Positions 1-14,886 of a DNA stretch of 64,000 nt are shown here, piece by piece (position 1 is the first letter of the stretch; each line of letters begins with the position of its first letter). Origin of the DNA: Octopus bimaculoides (taxonomy: Eukaryota); assembly GCF_001194135.2 (NCBI RefSeq), contig NC_068993.1, forward strand, positions 64,735,818 to 64,799,817, read 5' to 3'. The position numbers and the translations under genes are program-made. A model generated the notes under the pieces. It was given only the letters and a program-made list of their open reading frames with translations, did no database searches and had not been told where the DNA came from.

Positions 1-57
<57 letters not shown>

Positions 58-184
58 ATATATATATATTTGTTTGTTTATTATTGATTTCAAATTTTAG
101 CTCCAGGCCAGAAATTTTGTGGGAGGCGAATAAGCTGACTACATCGTCTCTAGTGTTCATTTATAAACCCCGAGAGGATGAAAC

Positions 185-939
185 GCAAAAGTCAGCAAAT
201 TGGGTCAATGTAGAGAGTGAATGTGTGCTCTTCTTTGCTGTCACCTCTCACAAATGAACCTTTTTGAGGACCGAATAGTGACTGGTGACGATAAATGGAT
301 TCTCTAGAGAAATGTCAAGCGCCGAAGACAGTGGGTAGGGAAAGGAGAAACACCAGCATCCCAGGCTAAAGAAGGTCTTCACCCATGTAATGTGTTGTGA
401 TCTGTTTGGTAGGATATGAAATGTTTAGTCCACTTCGAACTTTTAAACCCAAACCAAACGATAACAAAGGAGATCTACTGCGAGCAGCTTGAGCGGCTTA
501 AGTCAGCGCTAGAAGGAAAATGACCATCTTTGGTTTCAAGTCGAAAGGTGTTCTTCCATCAGGATATTGCTTGGCCACATACCGCGAGGATAATATCCCG
601 AAGGCTGGAGTAGTTTTAATGGGAATCGATGCCCCACCCATCATATTCGCTGGACATTACCCCATCTAATTATCATTTATTCCGCAGTCTTCAAAATCAT
701 TTAGATAGAAAAAATATGAATTCTGTAGACGAGGTCAGAACAGCACTGGAGGAGTATTTTTCGTCACGGGCATGTGAATTTTGGAAGAGGGGCTTTTCAA
801 GTCTACCAGAGAGATGAAAGAGCATTGTAGAAAATAAAGGAGAGAATATTCTGGATTAGAAAAGAACTTTGTTTACTTTAATTTTGAAAAATAAAAGAAG
901 TATAAAAAAACACTGCATTATTTATGGGATGACCCAATA
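185..939 (+). mobile_element. 5'-truncated mariner (Tc1/mariner) transposon relic with right TIR
   Basis: Stop-riddled frame reads RIVTGDDKWI, FHQDIAWPHTA, PHPSYSLDITPSNYHLFRSLQNHL; ends GCATTATTTATGGGATGACCCAA followed by TA. Confidence 0.92.
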
Positions 940-1314
940 TATATACACACACATGTACATACTTGTGCATACGTTATATAAATGTGTGTGTGTGTGTGTG
1001 TGTGTGATCAAAACAAAACTGGAACTCCTCCTGTCAAGGGTTTCAGATGAGTCTACCTCACGGCAGGAAACAGATGAGGGCAGCAGCATCAAATTCCCTC
1101 ATTCGCCAATCGCTACATATCAGAGGAGGTTTCAAATAATGGAGTATCACAGTCAACAGTAGTGCCCCAGCATGACCGCAGCTTTAATGCTGAAGCAATT
1201 TTAAGATTTAAAGTTATATATACACATATACATTTACATAGATATATGTGCATATATATATATGTGGGTGGGGTGTTCATATGCATATACATAATACACA
1301 CACATATATATATA

Positions 1315-1390
<76 letters not shown>

Positions 1391-2080
1391 TGTGTGTGTT
1401 CACGTGTGTGCTTATACGTTAGACTTACGTTCGCCATCAGTGAACACAGAGTTCTATTTATTTGGAAATGGACAGGGAACGATCGATAGGGAATCACCGG
1501 ATGATTAATTTATCTTCTATTTTCATTATCATTACTTCATAACGAATGCAATAAACAAATTAACAGAGCGAATTATTATAAATCTTAATTTAGTTATGAG
1601 AATTGTTGTAAGTATTCGAAGTCGGATATGGTTCATTCGTCAAGGAAAGAATAGATTTCTATGCGGAGTTCAATGAATTATTTCAGAAATACAGCAGGGT
1701 AAATTAAGGAATATTTATACTGTCGAGAAGAGCTCGAAAATTTGACATGAAAATAGTTTATTAAAACACGAAAAGGAAACTGGAAAAGATGTAAAACGAA
1801 AATTGTTGACATCTTTGAGACCCAAGTCGAAATAAAGGACTGTTTGTTTTGTGCCTTTCTTTCTTTTTTGTTATTTTTTTTCTCCCTTATTTTTCACTCT
1901 TCAAATATTTTTTGCAATTTTGAATTAGACACCAAATTAATCTTTACATTTCAGGTCGTTTCAAAAAAGCGTTGTCTTATTCTCGCACGATGTAATATTT
2001 ACTCTCTTGCATCCAGAGGTTATTCTTTGTCGCTTGGTTATTTATATTATGTGCTAAAAAAATTCCTGAAGACGTTATGG

Positions 2081-2147
<67 letters not shown>

Positions 2148-3072
2148 NNNNNNNNNNACGGACGGACGGACGGACGGGCGCGCGCGCGCGCGCGCGCAGC
2201 GGTTCTCTGAAAATAGATGATTAATGATAATAAGGTTACATGTTGCATCAGCAGCTGAATAAATATTTCATTTTAAAATCATGAAAGCCATAGCATGGTT
2301 ATGTTATTGTTGTCTTTCCTGAGAAGCCATGTTTAATCCCATCACCCTGATGCAATGCAGCAATGTGTTTTCGTTTAGTGAATTCGGAGGTTGCGTCTTC
2401 AGAAATGGTTATCAACTGTAATATTTCATGAGCACTAAATTTCCTCTCTTAAGATCCGATTTTTTAAAGACTTTTGGTTTCAGCATTCATCATTTCATCT
2501 ACTTGAGACCAATAAAATTACTACTGCAACTATAGCTTCTTAGAACATTTGTTGCAATCCAGAATTGGATCGCAGTATAATTTTTGAAAGGGTCTTGGAA
2601 GCATATTTTACTTTTGAACTATATTACAATGTGCACAATAAATGGCTGCAGTACTATATTCACCGTAAACACGCAAAATGGGAAATATTTTCCCAAGAAA
2701 CTTACGAACTTTATTAAATTGTATTTATTTGTGTATATACTTTTTGTATATTTATTTACTGGAACAGATTGTAATTAAAAGATTGAGAACAGTTGTCTTA
2801 AATCGATTCACTTTATCCATTTGTCTAATGACCTCCACAAATTGACTGAGAATCTTACAGAAAAACTTAGTTGTAAGGTGCCAATAAAGTCGCTTTTCTA
2901 TTTATGATTAAATCAGTGGAAGGAAGGGAGGAATTCCTATGATTTTCGCGGTATTTCCAGATTTGGGGAAATTCCTGAGCCTGTTGTCGTCTTCAGATAT
3001 GGCCAAAGACATTGCTGGTAAATTCCCGGCCAAGTTCTTTTGTCAGGCATTTAACATAGAAAAATACATTAT

Positions 3073-3326
3073 CAGTAGTTTTCAACCGGGGTCAATATGA
3101 CACTTAGCGTTCTAAATATGGTTTTGGTGTTAAAGTTTGTCTGCAATAAATTGGTTATACTTCCACAATACACAAAATATTTTAATAATCTTTTTCTGCA
3201 ATTCTTAATAATGTATAATTATGAAAATACTGTAGGATTTTTTTAATATAGAATGGTTATGTTGCTCTGCTCGAGTAAAATAGGAATCAATGGGGTTCTG
3301 AGACAAAAAATAGTTGACAATCACTG
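3073..3326. mobile_element. hAT (Charlie-like) MITE, 254 bp
   Basis: Imperfect TIRs CAGTAGTTTTCAAC and GTTGACAATCACTG, similar to the CAGTGGTTCTCAAC ends of Charlie-type MITEs; AT-rich non-coding interior; no 8-bp TSD recognisable. Confidence 0.6.
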
Positions 3327-3809
3327 CTTCATACGATCTTTTTTTTCCTATACGGAACGGTAGCATTTAACTTCCGTTCACCGTTTCTACTTTAATCTGC
3401 CTCTTTACCTCATATTACTTTACGACATCTTCATCTTTCGTTCTACGGGTATTTATTTGATGAAGTCTGCGTCGATTCCGAATTTGAACATTCTCTTTGT
3501 TAACTGATTGATTTCATATTTGCGTAACAATGTCGTAAGTAGCTGAGTATTGAGCAAAAATCATGTCTCGAAAAAGCAATGTTCGTGACGAATCAGTGTG
3601 ACACAATCTAACAATAGCTGTGCTTTGAATTACAGATATATGTTAGAGGAATTCAGACGGTGGGAGAAGAATTAACCCACGACTGTGAGTGGCAATTTAC
3701 CTATCGATCAATAGAGTTATAAAAGACGTAGAATATGGACAGCTTCAAAGCTGTACCAAGTACAAGTTATCCCGTTCGACCCACTAACGAATCCACCATT
3801 TACTACTTT

Positions 3810-3849
<40 letters not shown>

Positions 3850-4046
3850 NNNNNNNNNNNNNNNNNNNNNNNNNNNNNNNNNNNNNNNNNNNNNNNNNNN
3901 NNNNNNNNNNNNNNNNNNNNNNNNNNNNNNNNNNNNNNNNNNNNNNNNNNNNNNNNNNNNNNNNNNNNNNNNNNNNNNNNNNNNNNNNNNNNNNNNNNNN
4001 NNNNNNNNNNNNNNNNNNNNNNNNNNNNNNNNNNNNNNNNNNNNNN

Positions 4047-4099
<53 letters not shown>

Positions 4100-4748
4100 A
4101 TACAGTTAAAATATTGATTTTGATCCTCTTTTATTCTATTTTCCTTCCTTTGGAAACATTGGTCATGTGACGTTTCGAAGGTGGTAAATAGCAGACTAAG
4201 TTGAATGTCAGTAGTGCTTGATGAATGAATGCTTTGCATGTGTAGATGCATATATGTGTGTTATGTATGTATGTATGTATAGATACATACATATATAAAT
4301 ATATATATATGTATGCTATATACTACATAAGTGTATTTTGGGTGTATTACTGAACATACACTAAAGAAAGTATTTTAATAATAATAATAATAATAATAAT
4401 ATTTCTGTTCTTGTCGATTTATGATATAATTTGGTTATAATTTGTTTTCAAATTCCAAAATATATGCTCAAAAGCAAAGATTATGTCAAATTGAATTCGT
4501 ATTATATATAGAAATAGCCTAAAGCTTGTATAATAAAATTTCAGTAATGTGTGTGTGTGAGTGAGTGAGAGAGAGAGAGAGAGAAACCTTGAGTTATTCC
4601 GGCTGATTACGCTCTGATTTCAAATCCCGCCGAGAACAATCGGTGTTCTCATATAAAGTACTTTAAGAGGCATCAATCAAACATTAGCTTTATTCTTAAA
4701 TCTTTCACTTCTCTCTCTCTCTCCCTCTCTTTCTCTCTCTCTCTCTCC

Positions 4749-4800
<52 letters not shown>

Positions 4801-4883
4801 NNNNNNNNNNNNNNNNNNNNNNNNNNNNNNNNNNNNNNNNNNNNNNNNNNNNNNNNNNNNNNNNNNNNNNNNNNNNNNNNNNN

Positions 4884-4966
<83 letters not shown>

Positions 4967-6005
4967 GTTCCTATCTCTCCCACTTCTATATAAATTTGCT
5001 GATGTTGCTGTTTGCCCTTTCATCTAAATAATATCTACCACATGATATAGAAACGGTTGTCAAAAGCTCCCAAAGAAATACATTCCCTGCTTTTATATGA
5101 ATAATGAAATGTTATTTTATATTTTATTGTTTCATTGAAGTTTGTTTATTCACTCCCTTCTAAGAGTTTAACCATTTAAACGCGCCATGTGAATTAACTA
5201 GATTCACTGACAAAACTCAAATGCAATGTTCTTATGTATTTATCTTATTTAATCTAGTTTAGTCTTGGCAATCTTCCAGCAGCTGATGACACTGGGACCA
5301 TTACTGCTGAAACTAAAGTTCTTTAATTGGTTATTTTGCGAATGATTAAAATTGATGTCACTTAACTAATTCCTCCCTCCTTCGATCGCGAACGTTCATC
5401 AGACAAAGTCTTATACAGTAGAAGGCTCAAGTGTTGCCTGTGTGTTATTGGTATAAATTCCACGTAGATCGTTATCTCTGTGGAAGTATACAGAAGAATT
5501 ATTTGTTTTATTTTGCTGTTGGATGCATCTAAGAGAATTCACATCGATGAAAGGATTTTATCCTGGTCTCCCCTCTGAACATAACTTCCAGCATTTTGCC
5601 CACAAGGCTGGAAAGCAAACTGCGACGGATGCTACCAGAAGTCTCTATACATTGTTGTAAAACAGCAATGGAAAATAACAGAACAAAATGTATCCCTTGA
5701 AAATATGCTTGACACGACAAAGACAGTATATATACGTAAACACATTCAAACACACACACATATATATATATATATTATACTATAGTATATTTGTATAATA
5801 TTATATCATATTATTTTATATTTGAGATGTCATTTATAGCTTTTTTGTTAATATCACTTCAAAACCTACATCGAAAACATTTTTTGGCTTTAGGGTACCA
5901 TTCTTTGTGATTGCAATCATAAAAAAGTCCTTGACTCAGAGAGTTGACGAAATGTAATTGATATGATATCAATCAGTCAATCAATCAATTCACACACATT
6001 ATATG

Positions 6006-6042
<37 letters not shown>

Positions 6043-6111
6043 GTGTTTGTGTGTGTTGAGTGTATGTGCATGTGTTTGCGCGCGCGTATGTGAGCATGTG
6101 TNNNNNNNNNN

Positions 6112-6153
<42 letters not shown>

Positions 6154-7090
6154 CATACGAAAGAAATAGTTAAGAGGGAAAACAAGAATCACATTAAAAC
6201 ATATTTTCATACATATTCCTTCTGATTGTTTTTGTGTAGCATTCTCGGATCTGCTTTATAAATTCTTTAAAGTGTACTTCGGTAAGCTGCTTTCATTTAT
6301 GTTTCTTTTTTTTTATGTTTCAAATTCCTGAGAATTTCAGACATGATACTTAACAAACATTCAAAAAAAAAACTACCTATATTTACATGTAAACAACGAA
6401 ACATTAACTTGCCAAAGATCCGTTTTGTCTTTTATTTCTTTTTTTAACTTTTATTTCTCTTTTAATATTTTTTTTTAAAACTCCACTGTTTTTCTAATTT
6501 GCCAATGTTCTCACATTATTTCCCTCACCCTCGCAAAGATACCATTACTTACAGATAATTAACATTGCATCAAACACTGTGTTTGCAAAATAGCTTCTAA
6601 TAGCTAGTAATGCCGAAATAATTTTTGTGTGCTTTCGTTGAATTTTAGTTTTCTTGTTAACGATGTATTTTTCCCTGGTGTGTAGATTTCAATTAGAGAA
6701 GCGCTACTATTATCGCCCAAAGACTTGGACTGTAAATTATTAAGCTCATCTCATAAAAGCTAACAAAACTGTACTAAAGGTATTTTTGTCGCAGTTTCTG
6801 TTATGACTGTTTGTTTTGTCTCTTTAGTTGGCTTTAGGCAAAAAAAAAATTCTGGAAACCAACAATGGCATCAGTAAACAACGTTATTTTAACGCAACTT
6901 ACGTAACACGAATTTCAATAAGCACTAACACTTCCCAGGATAATTACACAAATTTACGACATATTGCTTTTTTCTTTTTACCTGTTTTACTGGGTGCCTT
7001 GGGATATGGGTACCTTGCTATGCACTTCATAGCAACGTGTCCACGACCAAGTGTACGTATTTGTACTCTGTGATATATGTGAGTGTGTGT

Positions 7091-7294
7091 GGAAGTGCAA
7101 TGACCCAGTAGTTAGGGCAGCGAACTCGCGCTCGTAGAATCACGGTTTCGATTCCCAGACCAGGCGTTGTGAGTGTTCCTCGAGGTTCTGGCAAGGGGTG
7201 GTGGCGACACTGCAGTACTCTTTCACCACAACTTACTCTCTTTCTTCCTGTTTCTGTCGTACTTGTATTTCAAAGGGGCCAGCCTTGTCACACA
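7091..7294 (+). mobile_element. tRNA-derived SINE, related to the 25341 copy
   Basis: TGACCCAGTAGTTAGG (A-box-like), GGTTTCGATTCCC (B-box-like), shared TGTATTTCAAAGGGGCCAGCCTTGTCACAC tail. Confidence 0.7.
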
Positions 7295-7363
7295 CTCCAG
7301 TAGTCACTCAAGTACTTTCTCCAGTAGTCACTCAAGTACTTTCTCCAGTAGTCACTCAAGTAT
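7295..7363. repeat. 24-bp minisatellite, ~2.9 copies
   Basis: CTCCAGTAGTCACTCAAGTACTTT repeated at 7295, 7319 and 7343. Confidence 0.95.
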
Positions 7364-8673
7364 CACTTCATACAAACAGATGACAGTGGACCGAGTGTGT
7401 TTCGAACCAATTCCGATAATAATTATTTGTGAATGATGTATTTTCTATTACATATCCTCCATTGTTCTTCTTTTATCTTTTTAATTTCTCGGCATCTACA
7501 AATCTATTTATCTATCTGTGTTTACTGTGGTTGCCAGCAGTGAACTTCGTTAACAAATCTTATTAAATTTATCAATATATAAACCATATTCGACTTTTTA
7601 TTGTTATTATAAGCAAATATTGGTAAACTCAAAAATGAAAGCTTGTACATGCTGTTTATTTGCTAATCAAACAACGAATCGATCGTTTCTTAGCTGTGTA
7701 TCTTGTATTATTAAATTTCTTTCAGAAATAATGAAATATTTAGTTAATATTTGCCTCATTTCCTTGTTTTTATTTCAATCTTTCAGTCTTTCGAAATTCA
7801 ATGTTTATATTTCTTTGCTATTTTAACCACATTATTATGGGAAGACGATGCACTTTCACAAATCATTTATTGTTCACTTTCTCTCCTGCCTCACGTATTA
7901 TCAATACGTGCAGCGAATGGCACGATGCATTGTGACATTTATGAACCTCACTTTGCGTTCTAAGTTTTAATCTCTCCGGCTTCGAATTTACCTGTTATCA
8001 TTCCGCATTATTTGTTGTTGTTGCCCTTTTGTAAAAAATCAGCTGTAGTGAAAGGTATTACAACTACAGCTATCCTGTGTGTATTGCTATGTTAAGGATT
8101 TGCAGGGCGACACTATCATTCAACATATCGGTTTCTTAACTAAAGTGCAAGATTTGGCTGCTATTTCTCGGGTTAGGTAACTTCCAGCTTGATACTGCAG
8201 TCTATTTTATTGACTGTTTCCCACCCTAAATTTTTTAATCTTATATCTCTTTTAAATTATAAAAGAGAAGGAACGAATTTGAACAGAAAATACAGCGAGA
8301 ACCAAATAAAATGTCTTTGCTGCATCAAACTGATTGAATTAATTTCCTTTCAAGTGATATATTGAAACCACGCTCTTATACCTTTCTAATCAATGTCTCC
8401 AATCAATAAATATGTCTTTTGTTTTGAGAATTTACTTTTTCTTTTACATTGTCCGAAGGTGAGATCGGAAGATTAAGACTGGCAAACGTTTTAATTACAG
8501 GTGTGTTACTTAAACAATTGTTCGGACAAAGAGGCAATAATTTCTTTTTCCCTCTTGTACTCTACATCGGTCAACTGCCGAACATGTTCAGCTGCCAGTC
8601 AGTTTTTACGAGAAAAGCTACCACACATCGCTCAATTGTTCGCTATTTCTGACATCGCAACGGAGGAAAGACA

Positions 8674-8731
<58 letters not shown>

Positions 8732-8749
8732 ATCAAACCAAGTACTTAA

Positions 8750-9378
8750 ATATCAATACAGCTGATCTTGGTGTGTCACGACATCGTTAGATTTTCGGTG
8801 GCCATCGATGTTTTTGTGCCATTGGAGTAGCTCGTCAGATTGGCCGAGTGCACACGTGAGAGAGGATACCAAAAGGGATGAAATACAAAACAATAACGGT
8901 CCTAGAACCGTGCCCTGAAGCATACCGCTTGTTGCAGGTGATTTTGCAAAGAGAAAACAGTTTCCCGCAACAGATTCGTTCCTACCCGTAAGAAGTGAAA
9001 GAGCTATTCTCCGAGTTGTCCTGTGATCCCAAGATCCCATGCCAGATGATTCCATGTGTTATCTCCTCAAACGCTTTTGGAAAAATCAAATTATATACAG
9101 TCAGTATTCATTCTTCTCAAGGGATTATTGAGGAGAGTGTTGTGGTGCTGTAATACTTGCGACTTCGATCAGTTCGAAAGCCATGTTGTCTATAATCTAA
9201 GAGGTTGCTTTCCGGAAAATTACGTAAATATACTTTTTCCGAAATTGGGTTCTCACAATTTTAGATGTGTGGATGCGAGAGAAACATGTCTGTAATTTTT
9301 AGCTTCTTTCAGTACTTCTGGGAATATACCGGTATCTAGCGACTTTTGAAATAGTATTTTTAATGGTTTGGTGTATAC
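8750..9378 (-). mobile_element. CR1/L2-group LINE RT fragment
   Basis: KPLKILFQKSLDTGIFP, NYRHVSL, SGMLQGTVLGPLLF. Confidence 0.8.
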
Positions 9379-9405
9379 ATATATAGACACGTGTATATAT
9401 GTGTG

Positions 9406-9448
<43 letters not shown>

Positions 9449-10490
9449 ACACACATATGTACGTACGTGTGTATGTGTGTGTGTGTCTGTGTGTGTCTGT
9501 AATACCTTGAATTATTTGCATTCATAAATGAAACTCCACTTATTCTGGTTATCTCACCAGAAATGATAGCGGGGTCCTTTATCCTTCACCATTTTCTCTG
9601 ATATATTACATCCGATAAACTGAAGATTTTCGTCTCTGGTGTGGAGAATTGTTACAAATTGAAAATAATCCGCCAATCCACAGTCACAACCCTTCATTAT
9701 TTGACCAGTCAATGGTTCAGATTTTATAATAGTTTCCTTTTATAAACCACGACTCTAGAATCCCACAGCTGCACATCTACAATAAACACGACCCCTAATG
9801 ATATCTGTGTGTAAGTGTGTGCGTATATATATAAACAAGAGATGTATTTACATATGACTGTGCCCATGTTTAGACATTTTCACTAACATAAACCATCGAT
9901 GCAGACATTCATGTGTGCATTCATAGACCTATACTTATCTCACCAAGACACGTGTACAGATACATAAATATTTGCCTACATACACAGATACTTATATAAT
10001 TACATCAACACATATACGTAATACTTACGTGCGCATACGCATGCTTTCATATACACAAATATAATTACTCACGTATATACATGTATACATTGAAATTTGC
10101 GCTCAAATAATATATATATATGTATGTATGTACACATATTGGTCGCTTTTAATTGTTTATAATAACTAATAGCATTCTGTATTCTTTTGTTTTAGTTAAA
10201 TAACACCCGAGTGTATAGTTGAAGAATATGCATGGCGATTATTCCGCTTCCAAACAACGCCATTAGACTTTGAAAGAAACACCGGATATTAAGCGACTAC
10301 AGTTCATAGCAGCTGAGTTAGTTTTAATAACTATTTTTATCATTTGGGAACTATAATAAATTTGGTAGAGACATTTAATTATAGCCATGAAATTCCTATT
10401 GCTACATATTGCTATTAGCTAGTTTAATGTTCGTGTAGTTTGATTGACGACAACAGCATGCGTGTGTGTGTGTATATTTATATATACATG

Positions 10491-10565
<75 letters not shown>

Positions 10566-11001
10566 GTATATGAATCTATGAACATATACATACATACATA
10601 TTGTATGTATGTATACTCGCACTTGGACCAAGGTTACTAAGCTGACCGTTTTAAAACCTATAAAATACACACATCGATCTCTTCTTTCCTGCATCATCTC
10701 TTTGGTCTCTTTACCCCTTTTCATTATGTTCTCTTCCTCTCTCACTCGTTTGCTTGTCCCCTATTCTCAGTGAAACCTTTCACCGCATCATTTTCAGAAA
10801 AAAACAAAAAATGTTTTTAATCGAACAGAAACGCTAAATTCCTATATTACAGTTATCCATAGCTCCCTATTTTCTGATACAATTGTATTCAGTATATGAT
10901 ATATTTTACATATTAGCTTAGATTAATGGATTAATGCCACTCAAAATAACTGGCAAGCACATATATATATATAATGAAATTATATTGTGCCTTAGCGCTT
11001 C

Positions 11002-11036
<35 letters not shown>

Positions 11037-11537
11037 NNNNNNNNNNNNNNNNNNNNNNNNNNNNNNNNNNNNNNNNNNNNNNNNNNNNNNNNNNNNNNNN
11101 NNNNNNNNNNNNNNNNNNNNNNNNNNNNNNNNNNNNNNNNNNNNNNNNNNNNNNNNNNNNNNNNNNNNNNNNNNNNNNNNNNNNNNNNNNNNNNNNNNNN
11201 NNNNNNNNNNNNNNNNNNNNNNNNNNNNNNNNNNNNNNNNNNNNNNNNNNNNNNNNNNNNNNNNNNNNNNNNNNNNNNNNNNNNNNNNNNNNNNNNNNNN
11301 NNNNNNNNNNNNNNNNNNNNNNNNNNNNNNNNNNNNNNNNNNNNNNNNNNNNNNNNNNNNNNNNNNNNNNNNNNNNNNNNNNNNNNNNNNNNNNNNNNNN
11401 NNNNNNNNNNNNNNNNNNNNNNNNNNNNNNNNNNNNNNNNNNNNNNNNNNNNNNNNNNNNNNNNNNNNNNNNNNNNNNNNNNNNNNNNNNNNNNNNNNNN
11501 NNNNNNNNNNNNNNNNNNNNNNNNNNNNNNNNNNNNN

Positions 11538-11580
<43 letters not shown>

Positions 11581-11611
11581 TGTACACGCATATATATACG
11601 AATATATACAT

Positions 11612-12540
11612 ATTCTTTACATTCAGGAATAGGTCACTCTGAGCACTGATGTCTTTCACTTTGCGTATAATCTACAGCAATTCGTCCTTGCAGTTACTTA
11701 TGAGGGTTGTGTCATCGGCGTATCTCAGATTGCACAGCCTTCCTCCGCCAATCTGCACACCACCATCGTAGTTCTCCTTCGCCGCTCTTATGATGTTTTC
11801 TGCATAGATGTTGTACAGATATGGAGACAGAACACATCCCTGTCGGACACCCCTCTCAATGCCGAACCACTCAGTGTTACCGACGGACGTCCTGATAGAT
11901 GACTGTTGATCTCGATATAGTCGCGCCAACAGTATGAATAAGTGTTCAGGAAACCCCATGTCGTCCCACATCTTTGCTGTGTCTCGCACAGTCGAAGGCT
12001 TAAGAATAGTCGATGAAACACACGTAAAGTGGAATGTTGCATTCCTTAAACTTCTCGATCATCATCCTGATGTCGGCTATCTGTCCCCTTCTTCCTCTGC
12101 CCTTGACGAAGCCGGCTTGCTCCTCAGCAATGACACTGCTATATTTCCGCTGCTCTGTATCTACGATGATTCGCAGCAGGGTCTTGCTTGCGTGGACAAT
12201 AATACTGATGGTTCGGTAGTTAGAGCACACGCGTGAGTTACCTTTCTTCGGTATTGGTACGAAGACTGCACGACACCGGTCGATCGGCCGCTCCACGTCG
12301 TTCCAGATTTTTACACACAGTCTCCACAACAGTTCTATCCCATCATCTCCCGTCGCCTTCCATACCTCGATGGGAAGTTCATCCACGCCAGGGCTCTTCC
12401 CGTTCTTGGTATGGTAAAGCGCCTGCCTCACTTCTTCTTTGGGTGGTTCCGGTTCTCTGTCTTCGGCTACAGCGAGTGCAACGGGCCGATCTTCCTGCCT
12501 CCTTCTGTACAAATCGGTGCTGTATTCACCCCCTCCACCT
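11612..12540 (-). mobile_element. RTE-clade (BovB-like) LINE reverse transcriptase fragment
   Basis: KSPGVDELP, NYRTIS, EEQAGF, FIDYS*AFD (premature stop), RGVRQGCVLSPYLYNIY, NLRYADDTTL; frameshifted and truncated at both ends. Confidence 0.93.
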
Positions 12541-12817
12541 AACTTTGACGCCCTCTTCGTCTGTCAGGATGTTACCTTCTTTATCGTTGGCCGTTTTTTT
12601 TTTAATTTAAAATTTTTAAAAGGTTTAATAAAAAATAACAACCAATTAATCAATAATATATTCACCCATGTTGTTTACAACTTCCCAACGTTCAACAAGA
12701 TTTTCAAAAGCCCATTGTAGGGCTTAACCGTAAACGGACGCATGAGTATCTAGACGTCTACGTAGTCAACAATTCAGATACACAGACGATCCTTTATTGA
12801 AACACATTCTTATACGC

Positions 12818-12855
<38 letters not shown>

Positions 12856-13103
12856 NNNNNNNNNNNNNNNNNNNNNNNNNNNNNNNNNNNNNNNNNNNNN
12901 NNNNNNNNNNNNNNNNNNNNNNNNNNNNNNNNNNNNNNNNNNNNNNNNNNNNNNNNNNNNNNNNNNNNNNNNNNNNNNNNNNNNNNNNNNNNNNNNNNNN
13001 NNNNNNNNNNNNNNNNNNNNNNNNNNNNNNNNNNNNNNNNNNNNNNNNNNNNNNNNNNNNNNNNNNNNNNNNNNNNNNNNNNNNNNNNNNNNNNNNNNNN
13101 NNN

Positions 13104-13146
<43 letters not shown>

Positions 13147-14275
13147 GAGTAAGCACTTATCGACATGTTACCCTTCCCTCTCTACTTCATAGGTTAAGAT
13201 ACAATTATTGTTACCGGTGCGTAATTTTTTTTCCTGCGCAAGCTTAACTGCGTGTGTATGTGTATACATATGTATTCATGCATATATTCGTGTCTTGCAA
13301 ATATATACCTATACACGTAGATTATCTGTACGTATGCATCTGTGTATTTTGATGTATATATATATATGTTGTGGATGGTCTAGTATGCGTATATACTATT
13401 GTAATTTTATTTTATTTTTATTGCAGCGTATATTTTATTTTATTTGATTTTAATATGTTAATTCGAATATAATTAATTATTTACAATATGTATTTTGAGC
13501 CCATTTTTCTATTTAAGGTTTTCTTCGATATTCTTAAAATAGGATGAATCTATATTAAATTCATTTGTTTTGTTCATTACGCATCCATGACTGTTATTTG
13601 AAACGACCAATCAAACAGATCTATGTGTTTCAAATTTTATATTACTTTTGATTGCATTGTCATTCCTTTCCCATTTCTAACAAAACTGAACGGGAACGTG
13701 AAACTCCGAGTAACAGTCTTTTGTTATATTTCTGCTGCTTTTAAATAAAGTATACATATACATGTATATACATACATACAGAGACACACTTGCTCACTCA
13801 CACACACAAACCCATGCATATAGATATGTATCTATAAATATATAACCGCAAATATATTAAGTCAAGCAGCTTACATAAACATACATCTATTTATATGATC
13901 ATAGAATATACATTCGTGTGCACATATGTATATATGCATTTATGTATACATATGTATGTACGTAGGAATATTATTATGTTTCGCCATTGCGCTGCGGCAT
14001 TGTCGGGACACCACCTTCATGTGTTCGCTCAACCATATCGACACCGGTTACTTACATTGATAGTTTATCGATAATCAGGTTTCAAACCACTGAGAAACAT
14101 CATAAAATTCAGTGAGATTTAGACTGTAAATACGCCACACATAAAAATCTACACACACAAGCGTGCACCTATATATACACACATACACTCGCGCGCGAGC
14201 GCACATACACAGACACACACACACAAACAGACAAGCTCATGGTTGGAGTTTGCGCGTGAGATCACGCGTTTATAC

Positions 14276-14313
<38 letters not shown>

Positions 14314-14886
14314 GTGTGTATGTGTGTGTGTACATGCGTATGCATGTGTGCATGCCTATACGCATGTATGTATGTATGTATGTATGTATATATGCAAGTA
14401 TGTACTTATGGATGTACGTGAGTAATAGGGTAAGTGTCTAGACGTGTTTGTGTGTGTGTGTGCGTTTGTACACNNNNNNNNNNNNNNNNNNNNNNNNNNN
14501 NNNNNNNNNNNNNNNNNNNNNNNTAAAGTATACACGCATATACGCTTATCCATCACTACATATATACACATATATACACACACACATACATATATACAAA
14601 TATATATGACACTAATACAAGCATAATGGTTAAAATTCAAACATGCATTTTTTTAATTGTTTTTTATTATAATCTTTTTTTACACACATACACATACCAC
14701 ACATAGATATATCTACACATACTCATATCAACACATACACACACGTACACACACACATACCTCTACACATACGTACATACACATCAAACTATATACGCTC
14801 ATACGGTTATATATAACTACATGTATGTATTATGCATCTCAACATGTATGTATGGAATTCCACATGTAAAAGAGAGAGGAGGGTGA

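Noticed and set aside
3636-3684. 49-nt segment between ttacag and gtgagt (IYVRGIQTVGEELTHD)
   Set aside because: Weak pyrimidine tract, no recognisable motif, and joining would add an unpaired Cys
7295-7363. 24-bp direct repeats as a CRISPR-like array
   Set aside because: No spacers and eukaryotic context; simple tandem duplication at a SINE tail
7731-7826. Signal-peptide-like MKYLVNICLISLFLFQSF after an AG acceptor, a candidate first coding exon for the CUB gene
   Set aside because: The only phase-1 donor is A|GTCTTT, far from consensus, and hydrophobic peptides arise easily in T-rich DNA; needs cDNA
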